Shown here piece by piece: positions 22,890 through 33,120 of a DNA stretch of 64,000 nucleotides (the first letter of the stretch is position 1; each line of letters opens with the position of its first letter). Under the pieces are notes generated by a model. The model did not search any database. It saw only the letters and a list, made by a program, of their open reading frames with translations, and had not been told where the DNA came from. Source of the DNA: Rickettsiales bacterium. GTDB taxonomy: Bacteria > Pseudomonadota > Alphaproteobacteria > Rickettsiales > UBA1997. The position numbers were made by a program, and so were the translations under genes. Location of the stretch: contig CBFIDI010000001.1 of NCBI GenBank assembly GCA_965661355.1, forward strand, positions 11,956 to 75,955, read 5' to 3'.

Positions 22890-23049
22890 GGTTTTTTGGT
22901 TTTTTGTTAATCTTTTTATATTTTTTGATCTCGGTTTTTAATTCTAATTTTTTATTTTATTTCTAATTTTCATATATTTCAAGCAAGCAATAAATATCCA
23001 ACTTGAACTTTATGATATATTTCTTCAGAGCATAAAACTTTAAAGAAAA

Positions 23050-25923
23050 CTAGCCCAAAACTTCTTCAATTAAAGCCTTTTGCTCTTTTGCATGATAACT
23101 TGCATAACCCGTTGCTGGCGATGCACTAGCGGCGCGACCAATATATCTTGGCCTAGGGCTTTTATGCTTTATGTTATTTGCTGATTCTTCAATTAATTCT
23201 TCGACAAATTTCCAGGCGCCCATATTTTTTGGCTCTTCTTGGCACCAGATAATTTCAGCATTTTTATATTTTTTAAACTGCGCCGATACTTCTTGACTTG
23301 AAAATGGATAAATCTGCTCTAATCTAATAATTGCAATATCGTCAATTTCTTTTGCACTTCTAGCTTCATGAAGGTCGTAATATATTTTTCCGCTACATAA
23401 AACAAGTTTTTTAATTTTTTCATCAGCTTTCAAATCTTCTGTTTCCTCAATAATTGGCTTGAAGTGAAAATCAGTAAATTCTTCAACTTTAGAGACGGCC
23501 AATTTATGACGCAAAAGAGATTTTGGCGACATGATAACCAAAGGCTTTCTGTCTTTTGAGTGAAGCTGGCGGCGCAGCGCATGGAAGAAATTAGCCGGAT
23601 TTGTTATGTTGCAAACCCTTAAATTATCATCAGCACAAGCCTGTAAATAGCGCTCGAGGCGCGCAGAAGAATGCTCTGGGCCTTGACCCTCATAGCCATG
23701 TGGCAAAAGCATTACAAGGCCCGACTTTCTAAGCCACTTAGCCTCGGCTGAAGCAATAAATTGATCGAACATAATTTGGGCGCCATTAGAAAAATCACCA
23801 AACTGAGCCTCCCAAATTGTTAGTCCATTGGGCATTGAAAGCGAATAACCATATTCAAAGCCCAAAACGCCATATTCTGACAAAATTGAATCAAAAACTT
23901 CATAATCGGCTTTTTCATTTTCAAGTTCAGAAAAAACACTATATTTTGCACCATTTTCCAAGTCATGCAAAATTGAATGGCGATGCGAAAATGTACCTCG
24001 ACCAGAATCTTGGCCAGTAATTCTGACCGGAAATCCTTCTTTTATAAGCGAAGCAAAAGCTAGGTTTTCTGCCAAGCCCCAATCGATATTTTTACCGCTT
24101 TTAAATGTTTTTTCACGGGTCTCAAACTGTTTTCTAATTTTTGAATTAACATTAAAACCTTCAGGGATTTTTGTTGTTTTTGCAATTAAACCTTCTAACT
24201 CTTCTTTTGCAATAGCAGTTTTAGCTTGAGTTTTTTCGCCATTTTCAATATGCGACCAATCTTTCTTAAGCCAATTTGCTTCTTTTGCTTCAAAATCTTC
24301 TGACTTCTCAAATTCTGAATCTAACAAAGAATCAATGTTTTTGGCTAGTTCTTTATATTTAGCGTCGTCAATTACGCCCTCGGCTATAAGTTGTCGCGAG
24401 TAAATCTCTTCAAGTCGCGGATGCGTTTTTATTTTACGATACATTACGGGCTGAGTAAACATTGGCTCGTCGCCCTCGTTGTGTCCATAGCGGCGGTAAC
24501 ATATTAAATCAATAACAATATCGCGCTTAAACTTCTGGCGATACAAGCAAGCAATTTGCGTCACCTTAACCACAGCCTCGACATCATCACCATTAACATG
24601 CAAAATTGGTGCATCAATCGATTTAGCTAAATCAGAGGCATAAAGCGTACCCCGAGAATCGGTTGGGTTAGCGGTAAAGCCAATTTGATTATTGACAATT
24701 ATATGCATAATTCCGCCAGTATCATAACCTTCAACCGAACTCATCATTAAAGTTTCGGCAACTATACCCTGACCAGCAAAAGCGGCGTCACCATGAATAA
24801 TAACGCCCATAGCCTGTGAACGATTTCGGTCTTTATAAATTTTTTGCTTGGCACGAATTCTTCCAGCAACCACCGGATTAACAGCTTCGAGGTGAGAAGG
24901 GTTAAATGCAAGGGACAAGTCAATTTTATTGCCATCAATTTCACGGCTAGAGCTATAGCCCATATGATATTTAACATCACCCAAACGAGTAACTTCTTGC
25001 GGCAAACCAGGCTTGCCTTTAAACTCAGCTATCATCTCACTGTATGGCTTGCCCATAACTCCGGTTAAAGTGTTAAGGCGACCACGATGAGCCATGCCAA
25101 ATACGATTTTCTTCACGCCATTTTTAGCGCCATAATCAATAATTTTTTCTAATGCGTTAATAGAAGAATCTCCGCCTTCGACCGAGAAACGCTTTGCGCC
25201 CGGAAATCTTTTATGTAAAAGCTGTTCAAAATGATTGGTTCTAATAATTTCTTCAAGTATTTTTTGCTTTTCTTCATTTGATATTTCAGAAAGCAAAACT
25301 TCATGGTAAATATCAGAAAGCCAAGATTTTTCAGTAGAATTTTGGATATATTCAAACTCGGCGCCAATGCTTGATGTATAAAGACGATTTAGGCGGTCAA
25401 TAATTTGCGAGATTGTTGCTTTTTTCAGGCCCAGAATACCTTTTAGGTCAATAATTTTATCGTAATCTTCAGGGGAAATGCCGTGATTCTTGGGATCAAT
25501 TTCAGGCGCAAATTTTTCAGGCGCAAGATCCAAAGGGTCAAGATCGGCGACTTTATGGGCGTATTTTTGATAAGCCAAAATTAAATTAGCAATACGCAAA
25601 TTGAGGTCGGTTTTTGATCTGGTGATGTTAATTTCGTTGGCTTTTGCAGTATTTTTATCAGTTTCAGGCTTTGAAAATGAAGAAATATCATAATTTTGCG
25701 AACCCAAAACTTTTAGATCTCGTCGCGCCCAAGAAGGGCCACTGTAATCGAGCAAAATATTTTCGATTTCATATTTATTTTCGTCAAAAAAATCTGCCCA
25801 AGACTCATCGACAGAGGCTGGATCTTTTGAATATTTTTGATATAACTCTTCAATAAAAGTAATATTTGAACTGAAAAGCTCTTGGCTTGAAGCTAAATTT
25901 ATATAATTTTGATCTTTTGACAT
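23050..25923 (-). CDS. sucA: 2-oxoglutarate dehydrogenase E1 component
   Basis: 957 aa, with the thiamine-diphosphate region HGDAAFAGQG and EGQGPEHSSARLERYLQ. Confidence 0.95.
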   Translation of the reverse strand: MSKDQNYINLASSQELFSSNITFIEELYQKYSKDPASVDESWADFFDENKYEIENILLDYSGPSWARRDLKVLGSQNYDISSFSKPETDKNTAKANEINITRSKTDLNLRIANLILAYQKYAHKVADLDPLDLAPEKFAPEIDPKNHGISPEDYDKIIDLKGILGLKKATISQIIDRLNRLYTSSIGAEFEYIQNSTEKSWLSDIYHEVLLSEISNEEKQKILEEIIRTNHFEQLLHKRFPGAKRFSVEGGDSSINALEKIIDYGAKNGVKKIVFGMAHRGRLNTLTGVMGKPYSEMIAEFKGKPGLPQEVTRLGDVKYHMGYSSSREIDGNKIDLSLAFNPSHLEAVNPVVAGRIRAKQKIYKDRNRSQAMGVIIHGDAAFAGQGIVAETLMMSSVEGYDTGGIMHIIVNNQIGFTANPTDSRGTLYASDLAKSIDAPILHVNGDDVEAVVKVTQIACLYRQKFKRDIVIDLICYRRYGHNEGDEPMFTQPVMYRKIKTHPRLEEIYSRQLIAEGVIDDAKYKELAKNIDSLLDSEFEKSEDFEAKEANWLKKDWSHIENGEKTQAKTAIAKEELEGLIAKTTKIPEGFNVNSKIRKQFETREKTFKSGKNIDWGLAENLAFASLIKEGFPVRITGQDSGRGTFSHRHSILHDLENGAKYSVFSELENEKADYEVFDSILSEYGVLGFEYGYSLSMPNGLTIWEAQFGDFSNGAQIMFDQFIASAEAKWLRKSGLVMLLPHGYEGQGPEHSSARLERYLQACADDNLRVCNITNPANFFHALRRQLHSKDRKPLVIMSPKSLLRHKLAVSKVEEFTDFHFKPIIEETEDLKADEKIKKLVLCSGKIYYDLHEARSAKEIDDIAIIRLEQIYPFSSQEVSAQFKKYKNAEIIWCQEEPKNMGAWKFVEELIEESANNIKHKSPRPRYIGRAASASPATGYASYHAKEQKALIEEVLG

Positions 25924-26139
25924 ATGTTTTATTTTTTAAAAAACTCAAATGACAATATTTTACCATTAAGTAATGCAAAAAGCAAGCAGAAAAGTTTTTA
26001 TGACCAAGTGATAAAAGCCATTAATAATCGGTGAGTTTCAAAATTATTTCAACAAACTAAATAACCAGAAAAATTCACTTTGGCGCAAAATAATCACTTA
26101 ATAAGGATATTTTATATAACAAAATTATACAAATTAGAC

Positions 26140-26215
26140 TGGTAGCACAGGAGGGATTCGAACCCCCGACCAACGGATTATGATCCCGCTGCTCTACCGA
26201 CTGAGCTACTGTGCC
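26140..26215 (-). tRNA. tRNA with CAU anticodon (Met or lysidine-modified Ile2), CCA encoded
   Basis: The reverse complement folds as a cloverleaf: GGCACAG TA GCTC AGTCGGTA GAGC A GCGGG ATCATAA TCCGT TGGTC GGGGG TTCGAAT CCCTC CTGTGCT A CCA. The body and variable loop resemble the Ile2 type. Pair 1:72 is G-U. Confidence 0.85.
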
Positions 26216-26365
26216 ATGCTTACAAGAAGTAATTTTACAAGACCTAATCTTGCATTATGCGCGTTTTTATATTTTAAAAAATACGCGTAACTTTTTTAAA
26301 ACTTTAGCTAATTATTGATAAAAAGTCAAGAAAAACCAATTTTATTTTCTAAGAAATAATGACCG

Positions 26366-26529
26366 ATACCAAGTCCCATCTTTAAATATTAATTTAGGGC
26401 TAAATAATTTAATTAATAAATTTATTAACAAAAACTTATCCGTCGCAACGCTAAGTTAGGTTTTTGGTGATGGATTTAGTGATTAAATTACGGGCGGATA
26501 AATTGGTGCTTGAAGATGGGATTTGGTAT
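26366..26529. repeat. Palindromic MITE/RPE-like element, copy 1
   Basis: Terminal inverted repeats ATACCAAGTCCCATCTT (26366-26382) and AAGATGGGATTTGGTAT (26513-26529) match at 16 of 17 positions. An inner inverted repeat TTATCCG/CGGATAA is present. The element is homologous along its length to 48172..48343. Confidence 0.7.
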
Positions 26530-27186
26530 AATATAAATAATTAAGTTTTTAAGATAAATCTAGCACTCTTTTTGTTTAATGATAAATATTGATCTATAGC
26601 ACTAAATTTCACTTTTAAAAATATATATTTTGTATTTTTGACGAAAATTCGTTACAAAATATAGTATTTTTACCCAGCGCCGTCGCTTTTTTCATAATTT
26701 CAAGATCAAGGTTCATCGCTATAAATCACCAGAGATCTTTATAAAATTGAATAAGAAGATTAACAATCTATATTTTTACTATTTGTTATATTATTTACAT
26801 CATTTTAACTTTATGAATGATTATTAAAGATTTTAAATTTTATCAAGATAAATTAGTAAAAGTGACATAAAAGAGCAAGCTTGTGTTTTATATATCAAAT
26901 TTGTCGCAAAATTATGTATTAAATCTTATATCATTCTTCATCTAATAAAGCCCAAATAAACATTTTATCTTTTTAATAAAGATCTAGACTTATATCGCGA
27001 TGTAATTTTGTTTTTTAATAATTTTTTGCTAAAAATATTCTGCGCTTATGTCATTTTGAAGAGAAAATAATATCGAGGTTATCATTTCAAGTTATGGCAC
27101 CAGTCCCGAGCACGAAAGGGCTAGAATTTTAAAAATTTTGAACTAGAGTAATATTAATATTAAAAATGTAATGAAAATTATTATTT

Positions 27187-28059
27187 ATGGTACCAAAATT
27201 TGATGAAATAACTCACCCTTTATTGATTCTTTTTTCTCAAGAGGAACAGGGTAGAAAAAGCGCTTCTGAAAAGCTATCGGATATTCTTAATTTAAGTCAA
27301 GAAGATAGAAAAGAGAAAACTAATTCTGGTAATTTTCTTTTTGAAAATAGAGTTGGTTGGGCTTTTACATATTTAACAAAAGCGGAATATATAGAATTAA
27401 CAGAGAAAAAGGCTGTTTATAGAATTACAAAATTGGGAAGAGAAGCGCTAGAAAATGCTTTGTCTAAGAATATTTTTATAGATAAAAAATATCTTGAGGA
27501 ACATTCGCCAAATTATTTTGAGAATTGGCAGGTAAAGAAGCAGCGAGAAGAATCTGATGCAAGCGATCAAGATGAAGAAAATGATGCGGTTTTTGATTTG
27601 GAAGACGAGCTTGATAAAGTTGATAGTGAGTTTAATTTTAAGCTGTTGCAAAAAATTAAGGAAATGAGTTGGCAGGATTTTGAGGATTTGTGCGCAAATC
27701 TTCTTGAAAAAATGGGTTATGGGGTTGCTTCAAAAAGACAAATTAGAACTGGGGACGGCGGAATTGATGGTGAAATTTTTGAAGATGAGTTGGGTTTAAA
27801 GGGAAAAATATATATTCAGGCGAAGAAATGGGATAATAATAACATTCAACCAAAAGATATGAAAGAATTTTTGTATAATGTTAGGGGAAATAAAGGAGTT
27901 TTTATTACTACTTCTGATTTTAGTCAAAGGGCAAAAGATGAGGCGCAAAATTATAAAGAAGGCAAAGTTGCGTTGATAAATTATGCTGATTTGATTAAAT
28001 TATGCAAAAAATATCAAGTTCTTTGTAAAAAGCAAACTATTGAGATTTTTAAATTATGA
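27187..28059 (+). CDS. mrr: Mrr-family restriction endonuclease (Mrr_N winged helix plus Mrr_cat)
   Basis: N-terminal NRVGWAFTYLTKAEYI..ITKLGREAL. PD-(D/E)xK catalytic core DGGIDGEI..IYIQAKKW..GVFITTSDFS. Length is 290 aa. Confidence 0.8.
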   Translation: MVPKFDEITHPLLILFSQEEQGRKSASEKLSDILNLSQEDRKEKTNSGNFLFENRVGWAFTYLTKAEYIELTEKKAVYRITKLGREALENALSKNIFIDKKYLEEHSPNYFENWQVKKQREESDASDQDEENDAVFDLEDELDKVDSEFNFKLLQKIKEMSWQDFEDLCANLLEKMGYGVASKRQIRTGDGGIDGEIFEDELGLKGKIYIQAKKWDNNNIQPKDMKEFLYNVRGNKGVFITTSDFSQRAKDEAQNYKEGKVALINYADLIKLCKKYQVLCKKQTIEIFKL

Positions 28060-28121
28060 AATCCATAATATTCGCCCGAGTCTCTACGGCAGAACAAGAA
28101 CAAGAAGGCCGCTCAAGCTAA
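28056..28121 (+). pseudogene. Serine recombinase (resolvase/invertase) N-terminal stub
   Basis: A 21-codon ORF, MKSIIFARVSTAEQEQEGRSS*, starts in ATGA overlap with the mrr stop. ARVST..Q is the catalytic-serine motif of serine recombinases. The rest of the gene is missing, because rph begins at 28171 on the other strand. Confidence 0.6.
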
Positions 28122-28170
28122 ATCTCAAAAGAAGGCGAATCAATGACGCACTCTTCAAGCAAAAAATTAA

Positions 28171-28884
28171 CTAAATAATCTCAACCGCATCATTTTGAAG
28201 CTTTATAAGTTCTTGGTTGGCGGCTTTAGCTAATTCGTACATTTCGCTCATTTGAGAAAAAGTAAAAGAATTTTCTTCGGCCGTTGCCTGAATTTCTATT
28301 ATGTTACTTTTCTCATTTAAAATAAAATTGGCGTCAATTTCGCAATTTGAGTCTTCTAGATAGTCAAGATCAGCAATAACTTCGCCACGGTAAATTCCGC
28401 AAGAGACCGCCGAAACCGATGATTTTATCGGATTAACTTTAATTATTCTCTGCTGCATAGCTTTCTTTATAGCTAGCTTTAGCGCTACAAAACCGCCAGT
28501 AATAGACGCACAACGAGTTCCGCCATCGGCCTGAAGAACATCGCAATCAATTATAATTTGACGCTCGCCAAGCAAAGAAAAATCAAGGCAAGACCTAAGG
28601 CTTCGACCAATAAGGCGTTGAATTTCTAGGGCGCGACCATTTGGCTTAATTCCGGGGCGCTGATTACGAGAATGTGTCGAGCGCGGAAGCATTGAATATT
28701 CAGCCGTAAGCCAACCAGAATTTTTGCCGCGTAAAAATGACGGAACTTTACTTTCTATTGTAGCTGTGCATAAAATATGAGTGTTGCCAACCTTGATTAT
28801 ACAACTTCCTTCGGCGTAAAGATTGACATCGGTCTGGATTTCGGTTTTTCTAATTTCGTTGCTTTTTCTTTTTGATGGGCGCAT
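28171..28884 (-). CDS. rph: Ribonuclease PH
   Basis: GSCIIKVGNTHILCTA, TAEYSMLPRST and CDVLQADGGTR. Length is 237 aa. Confidence 0.93.
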   Translation of the reverse strand: MRPSKRKSNEIRKTEIQTDVNLYAEGSCIIKVGNTHILCTATIESKVPSFLRGKNSGWLTAEYSMLPRSTHSRNQRPGIKPNGRALEIQRLIGRSLRSCLDFSLLGERQIIIDCDVLQADGGTRCASITGGFVALKLAIKKAMQQRIIKVNPIKSSVSAVSCGIYRGEVIADLDYLEDSNCEIDANFILNEKSNIIEIQATAEENSFTFSQMSEMYELAKAANQELIKLQNDAVEII

Positions 28885-29160
28885 TTTTCTTACTTTTTAT
28901 GTTATGTTAATAGAAACTTCCAGTAAATCTTGCATATTATTATATTTCGCAATTAAGTCCTTGAAGCGCAAAAATAAAAATTGACAAACTCCAAAGAATT
29001 GTAAAAGCATCTAAATTTTACAATAATTTTATTGATGAAATTGCGACAAAAGCGCTAATCTAAATATTAAATTTGCTAAAGTAATTTGCCTTTTGTTTTT
29101 TGCTATTCGTTATTGTAAATTTTTATTAATTTTGTTAAAAGCAAGTCAAAAATACGATTT

Positions 29161-30117
29161 TTAAGTTTTGTTAATGCCAATTAGCAATTCTATATCTTCT
29201 ATTTTTGAGGTGGCGCAAAATTCAGAGCCTAATTTTAAACTTTCTGGGCTTTTGCAAACTTCCACCGAACTGGCCAAAACTTGGTCTTTAATATAATTCG
29301 TAAAATCATCTAAACATTGCGTAATTTCGGTTTTGGCAAAAATTTTCAGGTTAATTTTGTCCGAAACTTCAAGCTTGGCGTCTTTTCTGGCCTGTTGAAC
29401 TGCGCGCACTATGTCGCGAGCAATTCCTTCATTTTTAAGCTCTGGTGTAATTTTGATATCAAGTGCAATTAAATTCGAATTGTCTGGCAAGGCAATAATT
29501 TCTTCATTTTCTGAAATTTTATTTTTTGGCGTTAAATTAAGCTCAAAATCATCATCAATTAGCGTTACGCCAGCAATTTCTATTTTATTTTCTGAAATTT
29601 TATTATAATCTCCCGATTTTGAAGCCGCCATAATTTCTTTAATTTTCGAACCAAATTTAGCGCCAATTTTCTTAAAATTTATTTTCAGATTTAAATCAGC
29701 CAATTCTTCAATATTTTCTTGAATTTCAACCGACTTAACATTAACTTCATCAGAAATAATATCTTTAAATTTAGCAATTTTTTCAAGATTTTTGCCAATT
29801 ATAGTCAATTTTTTTAGCGGCAAGCGCACTCGCAAATTTTTATTGTCGCGCATTGACAGGGCGCTGCTGCAAATAAGGCGAACTAAGTCCATATTTTTGA
29901 CTAATTCTTCATTATTTTCAATGAAATTGACATCAGGAAAATCTTGCAAATGTATTGAAATATTTTTATTTATCATATTATTTTGTAATTTTTCTTCTTT
30001 AAACTGCAACTTTATAGGCTTTTCGTTAAAAAATCTAGTAATTTTATTAATTTCAGAATGGCAATCTAAAACTTTACTTAATTTTAGAGAAAGTTTTCTG
30101 AAAGAGGTTTGCGACAC
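29161..30117 (-). pseudogene. ileS: Isolated C-terminal fragment of type-2 (eukaryote-like) isoleucyl-tRNA synthetase
   Basis: From about aa 50 the 318-aa ORF reads SIHLQDFP...LRVRLPL...ITPELKNEGIARDIVRAVQQARKDAKLEVSDKI, as in the C-terminal third of type-2 IleS. There is no catalytic core (HIGH/KMSKS) upstream: 30118..30625 has no ORF. Confidence 0.6.
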
Positions 30118-30625
30118 GAAATATAAATTAACCCAGCTTTTAAAGGGCCCGTTTTTAAATGTTGATTTAAACTAAGTAATTTGACTGATAAATTGATTAG
30201 CAGAAATAAATAGGTTAAAATTTATGCTAAAAAATTAGCAATTAAATCTAGTATTTTTATTTATATTAGCCAGTTCTTGCCCTTAAAATATCTTTGAACT
30301 TCACTTCTTAACCTTTACTTATAAAAAACCTTATTGCGCTTTTTATTCATGGCAGTATTTTTAAAGTTAATTTGCCTAAAAATTACTTTTACAAGCAAAA
30401 TTTGTTTAAATATATTTATTGCTAAAGATGCATAATTGAATAATAAAGAGTAGAAATTTTGCAAATTATAGATAAAAGATGGGTGCGATTATCAAATTGT
30501 TTTTTACAAAAAACGCAAAAATTTCTTAATAATTACAAAAATCAAGAAAGCGCCTAATATTTTAAGGATAAGTTTTTTTATAAGCGTAAAAAATAATCTT
30601 CAAATAACAAATAAAATTACAAAAA

Positions 30626-31933
30626 TTAAGATGATCTTTTGCCAACAAAGTCATATTCAAAGCCTTTGCTAGTAATTAGCTCTTCGTCAAACAAATTTCT
30701 TAAATCGATTATTTTTCTGGAATTCGTAATATTTTTTACTTTGTCAAAATCTAAATCTTTAAAATCTGACCATTCAGTTGCAATAACTATGGCGTCACAA
30801 TTCTTAATTGCATCATAAAAATCATCATAAAAAGAAATATTGGCATAATTTTTAAGGGCAATTCTAGAATTTTCTATGGCTTCAGGGTCACTTGCTTTTA
30901 TTATAGCGCCATCTTTGGAAAGATTTTTAGCAATTTCAAGAGCCGCCGAATATCGAATATCGTCGGTTTTTGCTTTAAATGCCAAACCCAAAAGAGCAAT
31001 TGTTTTATTTTTAACGCAGCCACCCGGAAAGTTATTGGCAATTTTGTCACTCATGCGATTTTTGCGGACTTGGTTTGAATTAATTACCGAAGAAATTACC
31101 GATAGATTTACATTGCTCTTTTTGGCAACATTTAAAATTGCCATAATGTCTTTAGGAAAACAAGATCCGCCAAAGCCCGGACCAGGATTCAAGAATTTTT
31201 CTCCAATTCTTGAATCAAGCCCAATAGCATTAGAAAGATGTTTTATGTTGCCGCCAATTTTTTCGCATAAATCGGCCATTTCATTAATAAATGATATTTT
31301 TGCGGCCAAAAATGAATTTGACGCATATTTTATAAGCTCTGATGTTGTGGCGTCGGTTTTGACTATTTTCTCTGGCGCAAAGCTTTGATATATTTGCAAT
31401 AAAATATCTTCGCTTTTTTGATCGCTGACGCCAATTACAATTCGGTCGGGATCCATAAAATCTTGAATTGCACTGCCTTCTCTTAGAAATTCTGGATTTG
31501 AAGCAACGCTTAATTTATTTTTATTGCCTGAATCTGCAATTATTTGCTCAATTTTTTTCGAAGTTCCAACCGGAACTGTTGATTTAGTAACAATTACTTT
31601 ATCTTGCGCGCTAAGTTTTGCAATTTGCTCGCTAGCCTCTAAAACATAAGATAAATCGGCGCTTCCATCTTCATCTTGCGGGGTTCCTACCGCTATAAAA
31701 ACCGCCTGCGATAATTCTAAAGATTCCTCAAGGTCGCTAGTAAATGAAATATTTTGCGCATTTTCTATTAATATTTCCTGAAGGCCGGGCTCATATATTG
31801 GAATTTGCCCAGATTTAAGTTTGGCAATTTTATCTTTATCGATATCCATGCAAGAAACTTCGTGACCAATTTTAGCAAAGCAAACCGCCGACACCAGGCC
31901 TACATATCCCGAACCTATAATTGTTAACTTCAT
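30626..31933 (-). CDS. ugd: UDP-glucose 6-dehydrogenase
   Basis: N-terminal Rossmann motif IIGSGYVGLV and the catalytic GFGGSCFPKD. Length is 435 aa. Confidence 0.9.
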   Translation of the reverse strand: MKLTIIGSGYVGLVSAVCFAKIGHEVSCMDIDKDKIAKLKSGQIPIYEPGLQEILIENAQNISFTSDLEESLELSQAVFIAVGTPQDEDGSADLSYVLEASEQIAKLSAQDKVIVTKSTVPVGTSKKIEQIIADSGNKNKLSVASNPEFLREGSAIQDFMDPDRIVIGVSDQKSEDILLQIYQSFAPEKIVKTDATTSELIKYASNSFLAAKISFINEMADLCEKIGGNIKHLSNAIGLDSRIGEKFLNPGPGFGGSCFPKDIMAILNVAKKSNVNLSVISSVINSNQVRKNRMSDKIANNFPGGCVKNKTIALLGLAFKAKTDDIRYSAALEIAKNLSKDGAIIKASDPEAIENSRIALKNYANISFYDDFYDAIKNCDAIVIATEWSDFKDLDFDKVKNITNSRKIIDLRNLFDEELITSKGFEYDFVGKRSS

Positions 31934-32015
31934 AAATCCAATTTTAAAATTATTTATTTTTTGATGAATATATCATCTTCAACAAAAGCTTATTATTAAT
32001 TAGATGCAAGAAAAA

Positions 32016-32774
32016 CTAGCCAAAACGCCCAGTAATATAGTCTTGTGTCTCTTTATTTTCGGGGTTAGTGAATATTTTATCGGTTTTACCATATTCTATC
32101 ACTTTGCCCATATTAAAAAATGCTGTTTTATCCGAAACCCTTGCGGCTTGCTGCATTGAGTGGGTTACAATTATAATGGTATAATTTTCTTTTAGCTCAT
32201 CAATTAATTCTTCAATTTTAGCCGTTGCAATAGGGTCAAGCGCCGAGCATGGTTCGTCCATTAAGATCACCTCGGGCTGTACAGCAATTGTTCTGGCAAT
32301 ACAAAGGCGCTGTTGCTGACCTCCCGAAAGACTTGTTGCTTCGTCGTTAAGCCGATCTTTTACCTCGGCAAAAAGTCCAGCCTTAATCAAGCTTGTTTCG
32401 ACAATTTCGTTAAGCTCTTGTTTGCCACGAAATGTGCCATGAATTCTGGGGCCATAGGCAACATTTTCATAAATTGACTTAGGAAATGGGTTAGGCTTTT
32501 GAAAAACCATTCCAACTTTAGCGCGCAATAAGACTAAATCTTGGCTTTTATCGTAAATATTTTTATTGTCGACGGTAATTTTGCCTTTAATTTGACAAGA
32601 GCTGATAGTGTCATTCATTCTATTTAAGCATCTTAAAAAACTTGATTTTCCACAGCCCGAAGGCCCAATTAACGCAGTAACACTATTTTCGTTAAAATCA
32701 AGATTAACATTAAATAAAGCTTGCTTTGAGCCGTAAAATAAATCTATATTTTTTGCTTTTATTTTATATTCCAT
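32016..32774 (-). CDS. pstB: Phosphate ABC transporter ATP-binding protein
   Basis: [32 protein letters not shown] and the C-terminal YITGRFG. Length is 252 aa. Confidence 0.92.
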   Translation of the reverse strand: MEYKIKAKNIDLFYGSKQALFNVNLDFNENSVTALIGPSGCGKSSFLRCLNRMNDTISSCQIKGKITVDNKNIYDKSQDLVLLRAKVGMVFQKPNPFPKSIYENVAYGPRIHGTFRGKQELNEIVETSLIKAGLFAEVKDRLNDEATSLSGGQQQRLCIARTIAVQPEVILMDEPCSALDPIATAKIEELIDELKENYTIIIVTHSMQQAARVSDKTAFFNMGKVIEYGKTDKIFTNPENKETQDYITGRFG

Positions 32775-32965
32775 TTATATTCTTATCTGATTACAGCGGC
32801 CAACTTATAACGGCCAACTTAAATTTCGAGCTTTTAAGCTCTTAGCCTTCGCGTAACATTGCTATTTTAGTTAAAAGTAATTATATTATCAACTAATAAA
32901 TTGTACTCTTTTGAATCAAGAAAAACTACTTGCGTAATTGAAAAAGGGCGATTAGGAATATGACG

Positions 32966-33120
32966 CTTGTGGGGCAAGACTTAGGGTTTACGGCGCACGA
33001 GCGCCGCCCCACTCTTGTGGGGCAAGACTTAGGGTTTACGGCGCACGAGCGCCGCCCCACTCTTGTGGGGCAAGACTTAGGGTTTACGGCGCACGAGCGC
33101 CGCCCCACTCTTGTGGGGCC
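32966..33120. repeat. Perfect 48-bp tandem repeat x3.2, GC-rich and hairpin-forming
   Basis: The unit CTTGTGGGGCAAGACTTAGGGTTTACGGCGCACGAGCGCCGCCCCACT occurs at 32966-33013, 33014-33061 and 33062-33109, plus 11 nt of a fourth unit. 31 of 48 bases are G/C. Nested stems are GTGGGGC/GCCCCAC and CGGCGC/GCGCCG. Confidence 0.95.

Noticed and set aside
22177-22941. A 254-aa plus-strand ORF antisense to sucB. Similar long antisense ORFs lie inside gatB (11794..12282), ugd (30876..31388), nusG (36165..36623), rpoC (46037..46501), the yejE-like gene (49146..49550) and pdhC (50621..51025).
   Set aside because: Each lies wholly inside a strongly conserved gene on the other strand. Their translations are Ser/Leu/Phe-rich low-complexity sequence with no motifs. 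These are typical shadow ORFs.
26140-26215. Classical tRNA-3'-end integration of the mrr island.
   Set aside because: mrr lies on the 5' side of this minus-strand tRNA, and I could not find a direct repeat of the tRNA 3' end. Only adjacency is claimed.
32980-32992. A telomere-like TTAGGG/TTTAGGG string inside the repeat unit.
   Set aside because: It occurs once per unit with no tandem hexamer or heptamer iteration, so it is best explained by coincidence.
32966-33120. Possible CRISPR array.
   Set aside because: The units abut directly with no spacers, the 48-bp period is all repeat, and there are no cas genes in the window.
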